64,000 nucleotides of DNA from the NCBI GenBank assembly GCA_016841185.1, contig JAENZQ010000013.1, positions 6,341 to 70,340 of the forward strand, written 5' to 3'. Each line of letters opens with the position of its first letter. Position 1 is the first letter of the stretch. This document shows, piece by piece, positions 17,988-27,447 of this stretch. The position numbers and the translations under genes are program-made. The stretch is from Anaerovorax odorimutans (GTDB lineage: Bacteria; Bacillota; Clostridia; Peptostreptococcales; JAAYPU01). The notes beneath the pieces are model-generated. The model searched no databases. It was given only the letters and a program-made list of their open reading frames with translations, and was not told the origin of the DNA.

Positions 17988-19019
17988 TTAACGGCTTCTT
18001 TCATATTGGTCGGGCCAGTAATCGATTTCAGTATTTAAATATTTTGATGCATGTAATGGCCAATAGGGGTTTCTTAAAAGTTCCCTTCCGAGATAGACCA
18101 AGTCCGCTCTTTCGTTTTGTATGATTTCATTTGCCATTGAAGGTGATGATATTTTTCCTCCTGCTAATACCGGTAAGCCTGTCAGAATGCGAATAATTTC
18201 TGCAAATTTAATCTGGTATCCTTCAAAAGAAGGAACCGGTGCGGGGATTACGCCTCCTGAGCTTACATTGATAATATCGATGCCTTCCTCTTTTACCATA
18301 TTAATCAGATTGGCTACATCTTCGGGATTGTTACCTTCGGGATGATAGTCTTTTGCGGTGACTCTCAGCATTATGGGTTTTTCAGCCGGCCATACTTTCT
18401 TAACTTCCTGAGTTATTTCTTTTAGCAACCGGACTCTATTTTCCGGGTTTCCGCCGTATTCATCTTTTCTTTTGTTTGTTACCGGCGAAAGAAATTCATT
18501 GATCAGATAACCGTGGGCACCATGAATTTCAATAATATCAAAATCGCATTGCAATGCTCTTTCGGCTGCCTTTCCATAGGACCGGATAACTTCTTTTATA
18601 TCTTCTTTTGTCATTTCACGAGGTGTTGCATAACTGTCATCGTTTTCATCAAAATTAATGGGAGAAGGGGCGATGATATCCTCGTCGGGAGCAGTACATT
18701 TTCTGCCGGCATGAGCAAGTTGTATGCCTATTTTGGAACCATGTTTTTTTACGGTTTCTGTTAATTGGAAAAGGCCTTTTGTCTGGGCATCATGCCATAT
18801 ACCTAAATCAGAATCACTGATTCTTCCTCTGCTTTCTACAGCGGTAGCCTCTATAAGAATAAGGCCGGTACCTCCTATAGCTCGGGTTTCATAATGCGTC
18901 AAATGCCATGAGTTCACCAGTCCGTCTTTGGCTGCACTATACATGCACATGGGCGGCATGGTGATTCTGTTTCTAATTTGTAAATCTTTAATTTTAAAAG
19001 AATCGAATAGTTGGCTCAT
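17988..19019 (-). CDS. namA: NADPH dehydrogenase, Old Yellow Enzyme family (NamA/YqjM-like)
   Basis: 343 aa. LFDSFKIKDLQIRNRITMPPMCMY and HGAHGYLINEFLSP are typical of YqjM-type OYEs. Confidence 0.85.
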   Translation of the reverse strand: MSQLFDSFKIKDLQIRNRITMPPMCMYSAAKDGLVNSWHLTHYETRAIGGTGLILIEATAVESRGRISDSDLGIWHDAQTKGLFQLTETVKKHGSKIGIQLAHAGRKCTAPDEDIIAPSPINFDENDDSYATPREMTKEDIKEVIRSYGKAAERALQCDFDIIEIHGAHGYLINEFLSPVTNKRKDEYGGNPENRVRLLKEITQEVKKVWPAEKPIMLRVTAKDYHPEGNNPEDVANLINMVKEEGIDIINVSSGGVIPAPVPSFEGYQIKFAEIIRILTGLPVLAGGKISSPSMANEIIQNERADLVYLGRELLRNPYWPLHASKYLNTEIDYWPDQYERSR

Positions 19020-19055
19020 ATGAAATACTCCTTTCTTTGGGCGGGTAAAAGCACA

Positions 19056-19769
19056 TTATTTCAAATCCGGTAGATTTTCTGCAAAATAATAAAAGTCCTC
19101 ATAATTTCCCATATAATCTGAAACGATTTTTTCGTCAGTCCTGTGGATCAAATGATCACGAATCAGAAATGTCGTAATGCCTATTTTAGATGCAACCAAG
19201 TCTTCTTGAACATCATTACCGACCATCAGACATTCTTTAGGAGATTTCTTTGTATCCAGGAGGATTTCTTCATAGTATTGTAATTGTGGTTTGCAGAAAT
19301 GGTTATTTTCATAGGCGGTGATATAAAAAAAATCTTCAGGTTCAAGGCCAGCCCATCGAATACGATGGTGAATGGCTTTTGCAGGAAATAACGGATTGGT
19401 AGCTAAAGCCACTTTATAATTTTTAGATTTCAAAATGTAGATACTTTTTTTGATCCACTCATTTTGTGATGCAGCTGCTTTTGTTTTCAGGAAACCATTG
19501 TCGTAGAATTCATCAAACCGTTTTTTATAATATTCAATTTCACCTTCCGGAATAAGAGTTTCAAATGTTTTCATAAATACTTCTTCATTGGTTTTGTCTT
19601 CAGTATTATGTATCATTGCATTTGTGGCAGTCCATATGTTCGAAACAAGTTTGTTCCCATCGGTTTCTCTGAAAAATGCAGATATTTCCTTAAAATAGAT
19701 TTTAGTAAAGGCGTCCATATCCAATGGTAATACTGTGCCGTCTAAATCAAATAGAATCGTATTAATCAT
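19056..19769 (-). CDS. HAD-superfamily hydrolase
   Basis: 237 aa with motif I FDLDGTV, followed later by GNDVQEDL. Confidence 0.75.
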   Translation of the reverse strand: MINTILFDLDGTVLPLDMDAFTKIYFKEISAFFRETDGNKLVSNIWTATNAMIHNTEDKTNEEVFMKTFETLIPEGEIEYYKKRFDEFYDNGFLKTKAAASQNEWIKKSIYILKSKNYKVALATNPLFPAKAIHHRIRWAGLEPEDFFYITAYENNHFCKPQLQYYEEILLDTKKSPKECLMVGNDVQEDLVASKIGITTFLIRDHLIHRTDEKIVSDYMGNYEDFYYFAENLPDLK

Positions 19770-19930
19770 TTAATTACTCCCGTTTATAGTATTTTACAAA
19801 AAGAACAGTCTTAAACATTATCTTTTAGTATTGTATCACAGCTTTGGGGTCTATGGATATGATAAGATAATAAATATAATTTATAACCGATTTATGGTAT
19901 AATATTACCTGTTACTTACAATTGTATTCT

Positions 19931-20006
19931 GACAGGGGCTTGTATTCGGACAGGGGCAAGCCTGCCCCTACAGTTTATACTTACACTCGAACTTGCACTT
20001 ATAAAG
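19931..20006 (+). repeat. GC-rich hairpin repeat module (locus L3) upstream of csoR
   Basis: GACAGGGGC occurs twice (19931-19939 and 19949-19957). GGACAGGGGCAAGCCTGCCCCTAC (19948-19971) is near-identical to 26171-26195 and is followed by the shared word CGAACTT. Confidence 0.5.
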
Positions 20007-20019
20007 TCGGAGGAATAAC

Positions 20020-20286
20020 ATGAAAGATAAAGACAGAGCAGAGATACTGAATCTTTTAAAGACATCAAAAGGCCAGATAGAAGGGGTTATCAAAATGGTC
20101 GAAGAGGACAGGTACTGTGTCGATATATCCAAACAGATATTGGCAGTTCAGGCACTTCTTCGAAAATCCAATCTTAAAAACCTTGATCAACATATCAAAA
20201 ACTGTGTTAAACAAGCTTTTTCTGAAGGACATGGAGATGAGAAGGTTGAGGAGATTATACAAATTTTAGACAAATATACCAGATAG
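20020..20286 (+). CDS. csoR: CsoR/RcnR-family metal-sensing transcriptional repressor
   Basis: 88 aa. RYCVDISKQILAVQALL...QHIKNC gives a Cys...His-x3-Cys ligand pattern of the CsoR type. Confidence 0.8.
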   Translation: MKDKDRAEILNLLKTSKGQIEGVIKMVEEDRYCVDISKQILAVQALLRKSNLKNLDQHIKNCVKQAFSEGHGDEKVEEIIQILDKYTR

Positions 20287-20303
20287 AAATCTGAGGTGAA
20301 ATA

Positions 20304-21566
20304 ATGAACCCTTTAGCAGATAGAATGCGCCCCGAAGATTTAAATGAAATTGTCGGGCAGGAACATGTAATAGGTGAAGGGAAGCTTTTAAACAGAATTG
20401 TCATGACCCGGATGATTCCCAATATGATTTTTTACGGCCCTTCAGGAACAGGCAAAACAACCGTAGCGAACATTCTTGCAAAAAGTTCGGATCAAAAATT
20501 TTTTAAGCTTAATGGAACCAATGCAAATTTAGATGATATCAAACAGGTTGTTGCTCAGATAGGTACTTTGACCACTTTGAAAGGCATTTTGTTATATATT
20601 GACGAATTGCATTATCTGAATAAAAGGCAGCAGCAGTCGATTCTTGAATATATAGAAAAAGGGAATATTACTTTAATTGGCAGTACAACTGAAAATATTA
20701 ATTTTTCCATCTTCAATTCATTGTTGAGCAGATGCAGCACTATTGAATTTAAACCTTTGACTAAAGATAATATAACAGACGGTCTCAAGAGAGCCATTTT
20801 AAAAGAAGAAGAAAGGCTTGGCGTAAAAATTTTTTATGAGGATGAGGCTTTGAAGTATATTTCGGAAGTTTCAGGGGGAGATCTAAGGCGCGCACTAAAT
20901 ACTTTAGAATTAATTATCAATACTTATATGATTTATGAAACTGCTGAGCTGTTTATTGATATCAGTAAAGCAAAAGAATGCTCTCAAAGTAAAATTATGT
21001 ATTATGATAAGGATGGAGACGGGCATTATAACTTGATGAGCTTTTTTCAGAAATGCATTCGAGGTTCTGACCCCCAGGCAAGTATTCATGCATTGGCACG
21101 CCTGATAAAAGGCGGTGATTTGAATTCTATCTGCAGAAGGCTATTGGTAATAGCATCTGAAGATATTGGGCTGGCCTATCCTAAAGCAATAAGTATCGTA
21201 AAGTCATGTGTAGATGCCGCATTTCAGATTGGGCTGCCGGAGGCAAAAATTCCTCTTGCACAAGCAGTATTACTTTTGGCATTGCTCCCAAAATCAAATT
21301 CGGCATACAGAGCAATAAATGAGGCTTTGAATGATCTGGATTCAATGGATACAGGAAAGATTCCGGAACACTTATGCGACGGGCATTCTAATCACGGACG
21401 CAGCAACAAAAAGAGATATCTTTATCCTCATGATTATCCAAACCATTTTGTGAAGCAAGAATATATGCCGAGAAACATTAAAGATAAAAAATACTATGAG
21501 TTTGATGATAATAAATTTGAGAAATCTTTAAAAGATTATTGGGACAGATTAAAGAGCAAGGAGTAA
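20304..21566 (+). CDS. rarA: Replication-associated recombination protein A (AAA+ ATPase)
   Basis: 420 aa. LADRMRPEDLNEIVGQEH, Walker A GPSGTGKTT, and the MgsA C-terminal region (HYNLMSFFQKCIRGSDPQASIH). Confidence 0.9.
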   Translation: MNPLADRMRPEDLNEIVGQEHVIGEGKLLNRIVMTRMIPNMIFYGPSGTGKTTVANILAKSSDQKFFKLNGTNANLDDIKQVVAQIGTLTTLKGILLYIDELHYLNKRQQQSILEYIEKGNITLIGSTTENINFSIFNSLLSRCSTIEFKPLTKDNITDGLKRAILKEEERLGVKIFYEDEALKYISEVSGGDLRRALNTLELIINTYMIYETAELFIDISKAKECSQSKIMYYDKDGDGHYNLMSFFQKCIRGSDPQASIHALARLIKGGDLNSICRRLLVIASEDIGLAYPKAISIVKSCVDAAFQIGLPEAKIPLAQAVLLLALLPKSNSAYRAINEALNDLDSMDTGKIPEHLCDGHSNHGRSNKKRYLYPHDYPNHFVKQEYMPRNIKDKKYYEFDDNKFEKSLKDYWDRLKSKE

Positions 21567-21579
21567 GGAAGGGATTGTT

Positions 21580-23748
21580 TTGGATATTATTGTAGCTGAA
21601 AATTCGGGATTTTGCTTTGGTGTAAAAGAGGCCATAAAAAAAACCCAGGAAACCATTAAGGAAAATGAAGGAAAAAGTATTCGTATTTATACATACGGGC
21701 CATTGATACATAATGCACAGGTGACACAAGAGCTTGAAAAGCAAGGGGTAAGATGTGTTGATTCGCTGGAAGATATACAGGAAGGTTCTATTGTAATCGT
21801 TCGATCACATGGCGTGCAAAAGTCTTTTTATCAGCAGGCCGAACAAAAAAAAATAAAAGTAGTGGATGCAACCTGCAGACATGTTCGGAAAATACAGGAA
21901 ACCGCAAGGCAAAACTATGAAAAAGGCAAAAAGGTAATTATTATTGGAAATAAGAATCATCCTGAAGTAACAGGTATCAACGGATGGTGTGACAATAGCG
22001 CCACAATCATTGAAAATAAAGAAGATGCCAAGGCAATTTCATCTGATAATATTTGCATTGTTGCACAAACTACTATTACTAAAAGTTTATGGGACGATGT
22101 AATGTCCATATTGGATCATAAAGCATTAAACATGGATAAGTACAATACAATTTGTTTTGCCACTGAAAAAAGACAGAAAAGCTGTGAAAAAACAGCAAAG
22201 CAAGTTGATGCAATGATTATTATTGGAGGAAAGCACAGTTCAAATACCCAGAAACTGTATGCGATATCTAAAAAATTTTGTAAAAATTCATATTTTATTG
22301 AAACAAAAGACGATTTACCATTGAATGATTTCAAAAAATATAATAAAATTGGAATCGCAGCAGGTGCATCTACACCTGAATGGATTATTAAGGAGGTTAT
22401 TACTGTTATGAGTGAAACAAGCTTTCATGGAGAGACTGAAACAACTAAAGAAAGTGATTCAGAAAATCAAATGTATGATTTGATGGATGAAATCGAAAAA
22501 TCCTTGCGTATCCCCGGAAGAGGAGAAATTGTTAAGGGAACCATTATTCAAGTCAGTGACAGTGAAATAGTGGTAAATTTAGGGTGTAAAAAAGATGGGA
22601 TTATTCCAAAAGAAGAGATTACAACCAATTCGGAGGCTTCATTGACTTCAATGTATAATTATGGAGATGAGATTGAAGCTCAAGTATTAAAAACGGATGA
22701 TGGAGAAGGCAATCTTTTATTATCCAAAAAGAAATTAGAAGCCAATGAGCATTGGAATGAAATTTCTCAATTATATAGAGACAAATCAACTATTGAGGTA
22801 AAAGTGAAAAACAAAGTAAGAGGCGGTGTCATTGCAGCTTACAAAGAAATATCAGGCTTTATCCCGATTTCTCAATTATCCGACAGGTATATTGAAAATG
22901 TAAATGAATTTATCGGGAAAGTTTTACCTGTAAAAGTAACTCAATTGGATAAGAAGAAAAACAAAATTATTTTTTCACACAGAACTTACTTGGATGAAGA
23001 AAAAGCACGTAATGTAGAAAAAATCTGGAACAGTATATCGGTAGGCGATATTGTAGAAGGTAAAGTCATGCGATTTACGGATTATGGGGCTTTTGTAGAT
23101 ATTGGAGGAATTGATGGACTACTTCATATATCAGAGATTTCCTGGGGTAAGATCAGCCATCCTTCAGATGTATTAAAAATAGGGGAAACAATAAACGTCA
23201 AAATACTGTCTGTTGACAAAGAAAATGAAAAAGTTTCTCTGGGACTTAAACAGACTACTGCTGAACCTTGGGAACAGGTAGACAGCAAATATCATGTCGG
23301 AGAGATCATAGATGGAAAAGTCGTACAGATAAAAGAATACGGAGTTTTTGTTGAGATAGAGCCCGGCATGGATGGTTTGGTTCATATTTCTGAAATGGCA
23401 CATAAACATGTTGCAAGCCCCGCCAGTGAAGTTCAAATAGGAGAGATTGTCAAGGCACAAATTCTTGACATTGATAAAGAAAACAAAAGAATCAGTTTGA
23501 GCATCAAAGAAACTCTTGAAAAACCGGAAAATGATGATCTTCAAGAGAAAGTAATAGAAAAAGTACAAGAAGCAACAGAAGGGGCAGCAGGAGCTGTAAA
23601 AGAGGAAGTACAAATAGCAGCAGAGGATTCAATAGACGAAGCCAAAAATGAAGAAGTCCGGACAGCAGAAGATGCGGCTGAGACAGTTAAAGCGGAAGTA
23701 CAAGAGGCAGCGGAAGAGAATAACGAGACTGAAGAAGAACAGGATTAA
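21580..23748 (+). CDS. ispH: Bifunctional 4-hydroxy-3-methylbut-2-enyl diphosphate reductase / ribosomal protein S1-like fusion
   Basis: 722 aa. The N-terminal ~285 aa are IspH-like (GFCFGVKEAI, ATCRHV, SSNTQKL). Four S1 RNA-binding repeats follow (GxV..V..FGAFV-type), then an acidic tail. Confidence 0.9.
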   Translation: MDIIVAENSGFCFGVKEAIKKTQETIKENEGKSIRIYTYGPLIHNAQVTQELEKQGVRCVDSLEDIQEGSIVIVRSHGVQKSFYQQAEQKKIKVVDATCRHVRKIQETARQNYEKGKKVIIIGNKNHPEVTGINGWCDNSATIIENKEDAKAISSDNICIVAQTTITKSLWDDVMSILDHKALNMDKYNTICFATEKRQKSCEKTAKQVDAMIIIGGKHSSNTQKLYAISKKFCKNSYFIETKDDLPLNDFKKYNKIGIAAGASTPEWIIKEVITVMSETSFHGETETTKESDSENQMYDLMDEIEKSLRIPGRGEIVKGTIIQVSDSEIVVNLGCKKDGIIPKEEITTNSEASLTSMYNYGDEIEAQVLKTDDGEGNLLLSKKKLEANEHWNEISQLYRDKSTIEVKVKNKVRGGVIAAYKEISGFIPISQLSDRYIENVNEFIGKVLPVKVTQLDKKKNKIIFSHRTYLDEEKARNVEKIWNSISVGDIVEGKVMRFTDYGAFVDIGGIDGLLHISEISWGKISHPSDVLKIGETINVKILSVDKENEKVSLGLKQTTAEPWEQVDSKYHVGEIIDGKVVQIKEYGVFVEIEPGMDGLVHISEMAHKHVASPASEVQIGEIVKAQILDIDKENKRISLSIKETLEKPENDDLQEKVIEKVQEATEGAAGAVKEEVQIAAEDSIDEAKNEEVRTAEDAAETVKAEVQEAAEENNETEEEQD

Positions 23749-23790
23749 GCAATTCATAATTTAGAATTAATAATTAAAAATTAATAAAAA

Positions 23791-23822
23791 TTTCCCATAA
23801 ACCTGATCAGGTTTATGGGAAA
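23791..23822. terminator. Bidirectional intrinsic terminator between convergent ispH-S1 and recN
   Basis: Perfect 32-nt palindrome TTTCCCATAAACCTGA|TCAGGTTTATGGGAAA flanked by an A-run and a T-run. The right arm contains the recN stop codon. Confidence 0.75.
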
Positions 23823-25522
23823 TTCAGCTTTTTTGCCTGTTTCAACATGTCTTCTGCGTTTTTCACGGCGGCTTCTGAGATGTTTTCACCACCCAGCATT
23901 CTTGCGATTTCAAGGATCACTTTATTCTGATCAAGCTTTTTTAAAGAGGTTCTGGTGCCCTGATCATCGGTATGCTTATTGATTTGAAAATGACAATCTC
24001 CCATAGCGGCAATCTGAGGTAAATGTGTAATGCATATTACTTGATGATTTTCAGATATTTCCTTAAGTTTTTTTCCTACGACGCTGGCTGTTGAACCGCT
24101 GATGCCAATATCGATTTCATCGAAAATCATAGTTGAGATTTCATCAAAATCACCGATTATTTTTTTAAAGGCCAACATGATCCTCGAAATTTCTCCGCCG
24201 GATGCAATTCTTGCCAAGGGTTTGAGAGGTTCTCCCTTATTAGTAGAAATTAAAAACTCGACCAAATCGGTTCCTTCTGAAGAAAATACAGGTTGTCCGT
24301 AGGAATTCAGTTTTTTATTAAAATTCACATTAAATTCTGAATGATTAAAATTCAGTTCTTTTAATTCTATGTTTATTTTCTTTTCAATTTCATTTGCAGT
24401 TTCTTTTCTGATTTGAGTCAAAGACTCGCATTGGCTTTTAAGCTTATTTTCTATTTTTTTTATTCTATCTTTCAATTCTGATATGGTATCTTCGGAGTTT
24501 TCTATTAAATTGATTTCTTTTTCTATTTTTTCCTTGTATTGAAGAATCTGTTCTATACTGTTTCCATACTTTCTTTTCAGAGCATTTATGGTTTCTAATC
24601 TTTCCTGAATTTCGTCCAGTTCATGAGAAGAAAAATGAATCTGATCTTTATATTTTCTTATTTCAGTAGAAAGGTCTTCAAGTTGAAACAGATGGTCAGA
24701 TATCATTGTTTCAAATTCTGAAAGTGATTGATCGTAGCCGCTGATTTCTTTCAGATGTCCCGATATTTTTCCCAGACGGCTAAGAACAGCATGTGAATCA
24801 GAATACAGAAGCTCATAAGAAGCAGACAAAGTGTTAAAAATTTTTTCACTGTTCTGAAGAATGATTAATTTCTGGTCTAACTCATCATCTTCTCCTATAT
24901 TCAAAGATGCAGACGATATTTCCTGGTGTTCATACATCAGAAAGTCTTTCTTTCTCTCAGATTCCTCTTTTGTATTCAAAAGGTCATTTAATTGATTAAC
25001 AAGTTCCATATATTCATTGTAAAATTCTTTCACCGTTTCTTTCACCTGGGATATTTCGGCATTATTGTAAAGATCTATTAGGGAAAGATGATTTTCAGGC
25101 GAAAGTAGGGATTGGTGGTCATATTGACCATGAATATCTACAATTTTTCTGCATATTTTGTTCAGAAGAGATACGGTTACCATTGTATCATTGATTTTGC
25201 AGATGCTTTTACCGGATGCATAGATTTCCCGGGTAATGATAATGTTTTCATCGTTAGTTGAAATATCATTTTTCTGAAGGATTTTTATAATGATCGGATT
25301 AATGCAATCCAAAACCAATTGGATTACGGATTTCTCTTTGCCTGTTCTGACAAAAGTCGTGTCGGCACGACTGCCTAATGCCAGACTGATGGCTTCAATG
25401 ATAATAGATTTCCCTGCACCCGTTTCTCCGGTTATGATATTGAGGCCTTTCTCAAAATCTGCGTTCAGTGTATCAATCAATGCAAAATCTTTTATGGATA
25501 GAAATGAAATCATTTTCTTCAC
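23813..25522 (-). CDS. recN: DNA repair protein RecN
   Basis: 569 aa. N-terminal Walker A GETGAGKS, a long coiled-coil middle, and C-terminal ASGGEISR and FDEID motifs. Confidence 0.9.
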   Translation of the reverse strand: MKKMISFLSIKDFALIDTLNADFEKGLNIITGETGAGKSIIIEAISLALGSRADTTFVRTGKEKSVIQLVLDCINPIIIKILQKNDISTNDENIIITREIYASGKSICKINDTMVTVSLLNKICRKIVDIHGQYDHQSLLSPENHLSLIDLYNNAEISQVKETVKEFYNEYMELVNQLNDLLNTKEESERKKDFLMYEHQEISSASLNIGEDDELDQKLIILQNSEKIFNTLSASYELLYSDSHAVLSRLGKISGHLKEISGYDQSLSEFETMISDHLFQLEDLSTEIRKYKDQIHFSSHELDEIQERLETINALKRKYGNSIEQILQYKEKIEKEINLIENSEDTISELKDRIKKIENKLKSQCESLTQIRKETANEIEKKINIELKELNFNHSEFNVNFNKKLNSYGQPVFSSEGTDLVEFLISTNKGEPLKPLARIASGGEISRIMLAFKKIIGDFDEISTMIFDEIDIGISGSTASVVGKKLKEISENHQVICITHLPQIAAMGDCHFQINKHTDDQGTRTSLKKLDQNKVILEIARMLGGENISEAAVKNAEDMLKQAKKLNFP

Positions 25523-25526
25523 CTGC

Positions 25527-25976
25527 TTATTGTATTAATTCATTAAATTGATTCACCAGCTTGTTTACATTAGATTTTTCATCTACCACGATAAAAATAG
25601 TGTTATCACCGGCCAGAGTCCCTAAAATATTATCCAGATTGAGAGCGTCGATTGCCTCGCATGCTGCGTTTGCACAGCCTGTCAGAGTTTTGATGATGAT
25701 GATGTTATTAGAGAAGGTCACGGATAAAATGGTGTCTTTAAAGACTTTGATAAACCTGTCCGTGATGGACTGATAAGCATGGGTTTCGGCAGCATATTTG
25801 TATTTGCCTGATGCGGTTTGTATTTTAATCAGTTTAAGTTCTTTTATGTCTCTTGATATTGTCGCCTGGGTTACATTATATCCATTTTTTATGAGGAGTT
25901 GTGCAAGTTCTTCTTGCGTTTCAACTTCATTTTTCTGGATTAATTCAAGAATTTTATTGTGCCTTGAATACTTCAT
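25527..25976 (-). CDS. argR: Arginine repressor
   Basis: 149 aa with a winged-helix N-terminus (QEELAQLL...ATISRDIKEL) and C-terminal GTLAGDNTIFIV. Confidence 0.9.
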   Translation of the reverse strand: MKYSRHNKILELIQKNEVETQEELAQLLIKNGYNVTQATISRDIKELKLIKIQTASGKYKYAAETHAYQSITDRFIKVFKDTILSVTFSNNIIIIKTLTGCANAACEAIDALNLDNILGTLAGDNTIFIVVDEKSNVNKLVNQFNELIQ

Positions 25977-26099
25977 GTAAACCTCCCGAATAAATATAAG
26001 ATTTTTTTTATAATTATTATATCATAAGAAAAAGATTCTTAGACAATAAAAATTTTAAATAATTACCACTTATGATATAATACATTAAGCACAAACGAA

Positions 26100-26342
26100 C
26101 AACAATTAGATATTAGAAGATAGATGAAAGATGAGATTATGTTATCTTATTACTGTTTCTAACTTCTTGAGGACAGGGGCAAGCCCTGTCCCTACAACTA
26201 ATACTAAACAACTCCGGACTTCGAACTTAAAAAGGATAATGAATAATGAAAAATTAACGAAAAAATCTGTTTTTGCAATTTTCACCATAAATCATAAAAT
26301 TCAACTTACACGAATTACACGAACTGTAAAAAAGGAGAACTT
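26100..26342 (+). repeat. Modular intergenic repeat element (locus L4) upstream of ruvC
   Basis: Contains hairpin GGACAGGG gcaag CCCTGTCC (26171-26191). CGAACTTAAAAAG (26222-26234) is identical to 41337-41349. AATGAATAATGAA (26238-26250) is identical to 14353-14365. A TTCACCATAAATC word is also present. Confidence 0.5.
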
Positions 26343-26837
26343 ATGAGGATTTTAGGAATTGATCCGGGCTTTGCTACTTTAGGATATGGAATCATTGAAC
26401 TTAATGGAAGCCGTTTTCAGACTATACAATATGGTGCGATTACGACGCCAGCCAAGACTAAAATGCCTGAAAGACTTAAAATGATTTATTCAGAATTAAC
26501 TGAGCTTATAATAAAATATGAACCTCAGGAAGCTTCAATTGAAGAACTGTTTTTTAATAAAAATACAAAAACTGCTTTATTGGTTGGACAGGCAAGAGGA
26601 GCTGTTTTGGTAGCATGTGCAAATAAAAATTTGCATGTTTTTGAGTACACACCACTTCAAATTAAACAGGCTCTCGTAGGGTACGGCAGAGCAGAGAAAA
26701 AACAAATTCAGGTTATGGTGAAAAACATTTTAAATTTAAAAGATATTCCCAAACCGGATGATACTGCAGATGCGTTGGCAGCTGCAGTATGCCATGCAAA
26801 TTCACGCAACTATCAAAAGCTATGTCTTGAAAAATAA
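26343..26837 (+). CDS. ruvC: Crossover junction endodeoxyribonuclease RuvC
   Basis: 164 aa with MRILGIDPGFATLGYG and C-terminal DDTADALAAAVCH. Confidence 0.9.
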   Translation: MRILGIDPGFATLGYGIIELNGSRFQTIQYGAITTPAKTKMPERLKMIYSELTELIIKYEPQEASIEELFFNKNTKTALLVGQARGAVLVACANKNLHVFEYTPLQIKQALVGYGRAEKKQIQVMVKNILNLKDIPKPDDTADALAAAVCHANSRNYQKLCLEK

Positions 26838-26850
26838 GGAGGAAAGAGGC

Positions 26851-27447
26851 ATGTTTCATTATATTAAGGGAAAGGTGATGTCTTTTTTCGAAAGTGGCAT
26901 CATCTTAGAAAACGGAGGTATTGGATATGAAATACATGTGCCTCAACTTTCAATCAATGCTATCAATAAAAATGAAGAAGTGCTGATTTATACTGTTATG
27001 ATGGTAAGGGAAGATGATGTAAGTCTTTATGGATTTGCAACAAAGGACGATATTGACATGTTTAAAAAACTTCTCACCGTCAATGGCGTCGGAGCAAAAG
27101 CAGCATTATCCATTATGTCTGCTTATAGGACTACAGAGCTTAAAAAATCCATTTTATTTGAAGATGCAACAGCCCTTATAAAAGCACCTGGAGTTGGGAA
27201 AAAAACAGCTCAGAGGATTGTTCTGGAGTTAAAAGATAAAATAGGTGATATTGGTGCGTTTGGTGATTATAATGGTGTAAGTATTTCCGGCCGTAAGAAA
27301 GGAATAAAGGAAGAGGCACTGGAAGCTTTAACAGGTTTAGGCTATACCAAAGGGGAAGCTCTTGAAGCGATAGGATTAATTCAAGAGGAGACGGCAAGTG
27401 TGGAAGAAATCATTAAATCAGCACTGATGAAACTGAGCAGACAATAA
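26851..27447 (+). CDS. ruvA: Holliday junction branch migration protein RuvA
   Basis: MFHYIKGKV is the start typical of RuvA, and AAGGAGGAAAGAGGC precedes ATG 26851. The HhH motif GVGKKTAQRI is present. The longer tracked ORF from 26758 overlaps ruvC. Confidence 0.9.
   Translation: MFHYIKGKVMSFFESGIILENGGIGYEIHVPQLSINAINKNEEVLIYTVMMVREDDVSLYGFATKDDIDMFKKLLTVNGVGAKAALSIMSAYRTTELKKSILFEDATALIKAPGVGKKTAQRIVLELKDKIGDIGAFGDYNGVSISGRKKGIKEEALEALTGLGYTKGEALEAIGLIQEETASVEEIIKSALMKLSRQ

Noticed and set aside
26131-26346. 71-aa + strand ORF upstream of ruvC.
   Set aside because: It has no RBS, and its sequence is a concatenation of intergenic repeat modules that recur as nucleotide matches at other loci. 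It is treated as repeat read-through, not a gene.
26758-26850. Upstream start (26758) for ruvA as listed in the ORF track; likewise 30292 for queA, 33042 for yajC, 38418 for apt, 41529 for dtd, 49071 for yqeK, 60193 for the DMT gene and 60716 for the nitroreductase.
   Set aside because: The extended N-termini overlap the upstream gene or lack an RBS. Internal starts with well-spaced Shine-Dalgarno sequences reproduce the canonical N-termini ([29 protein letters not shown] and so on).
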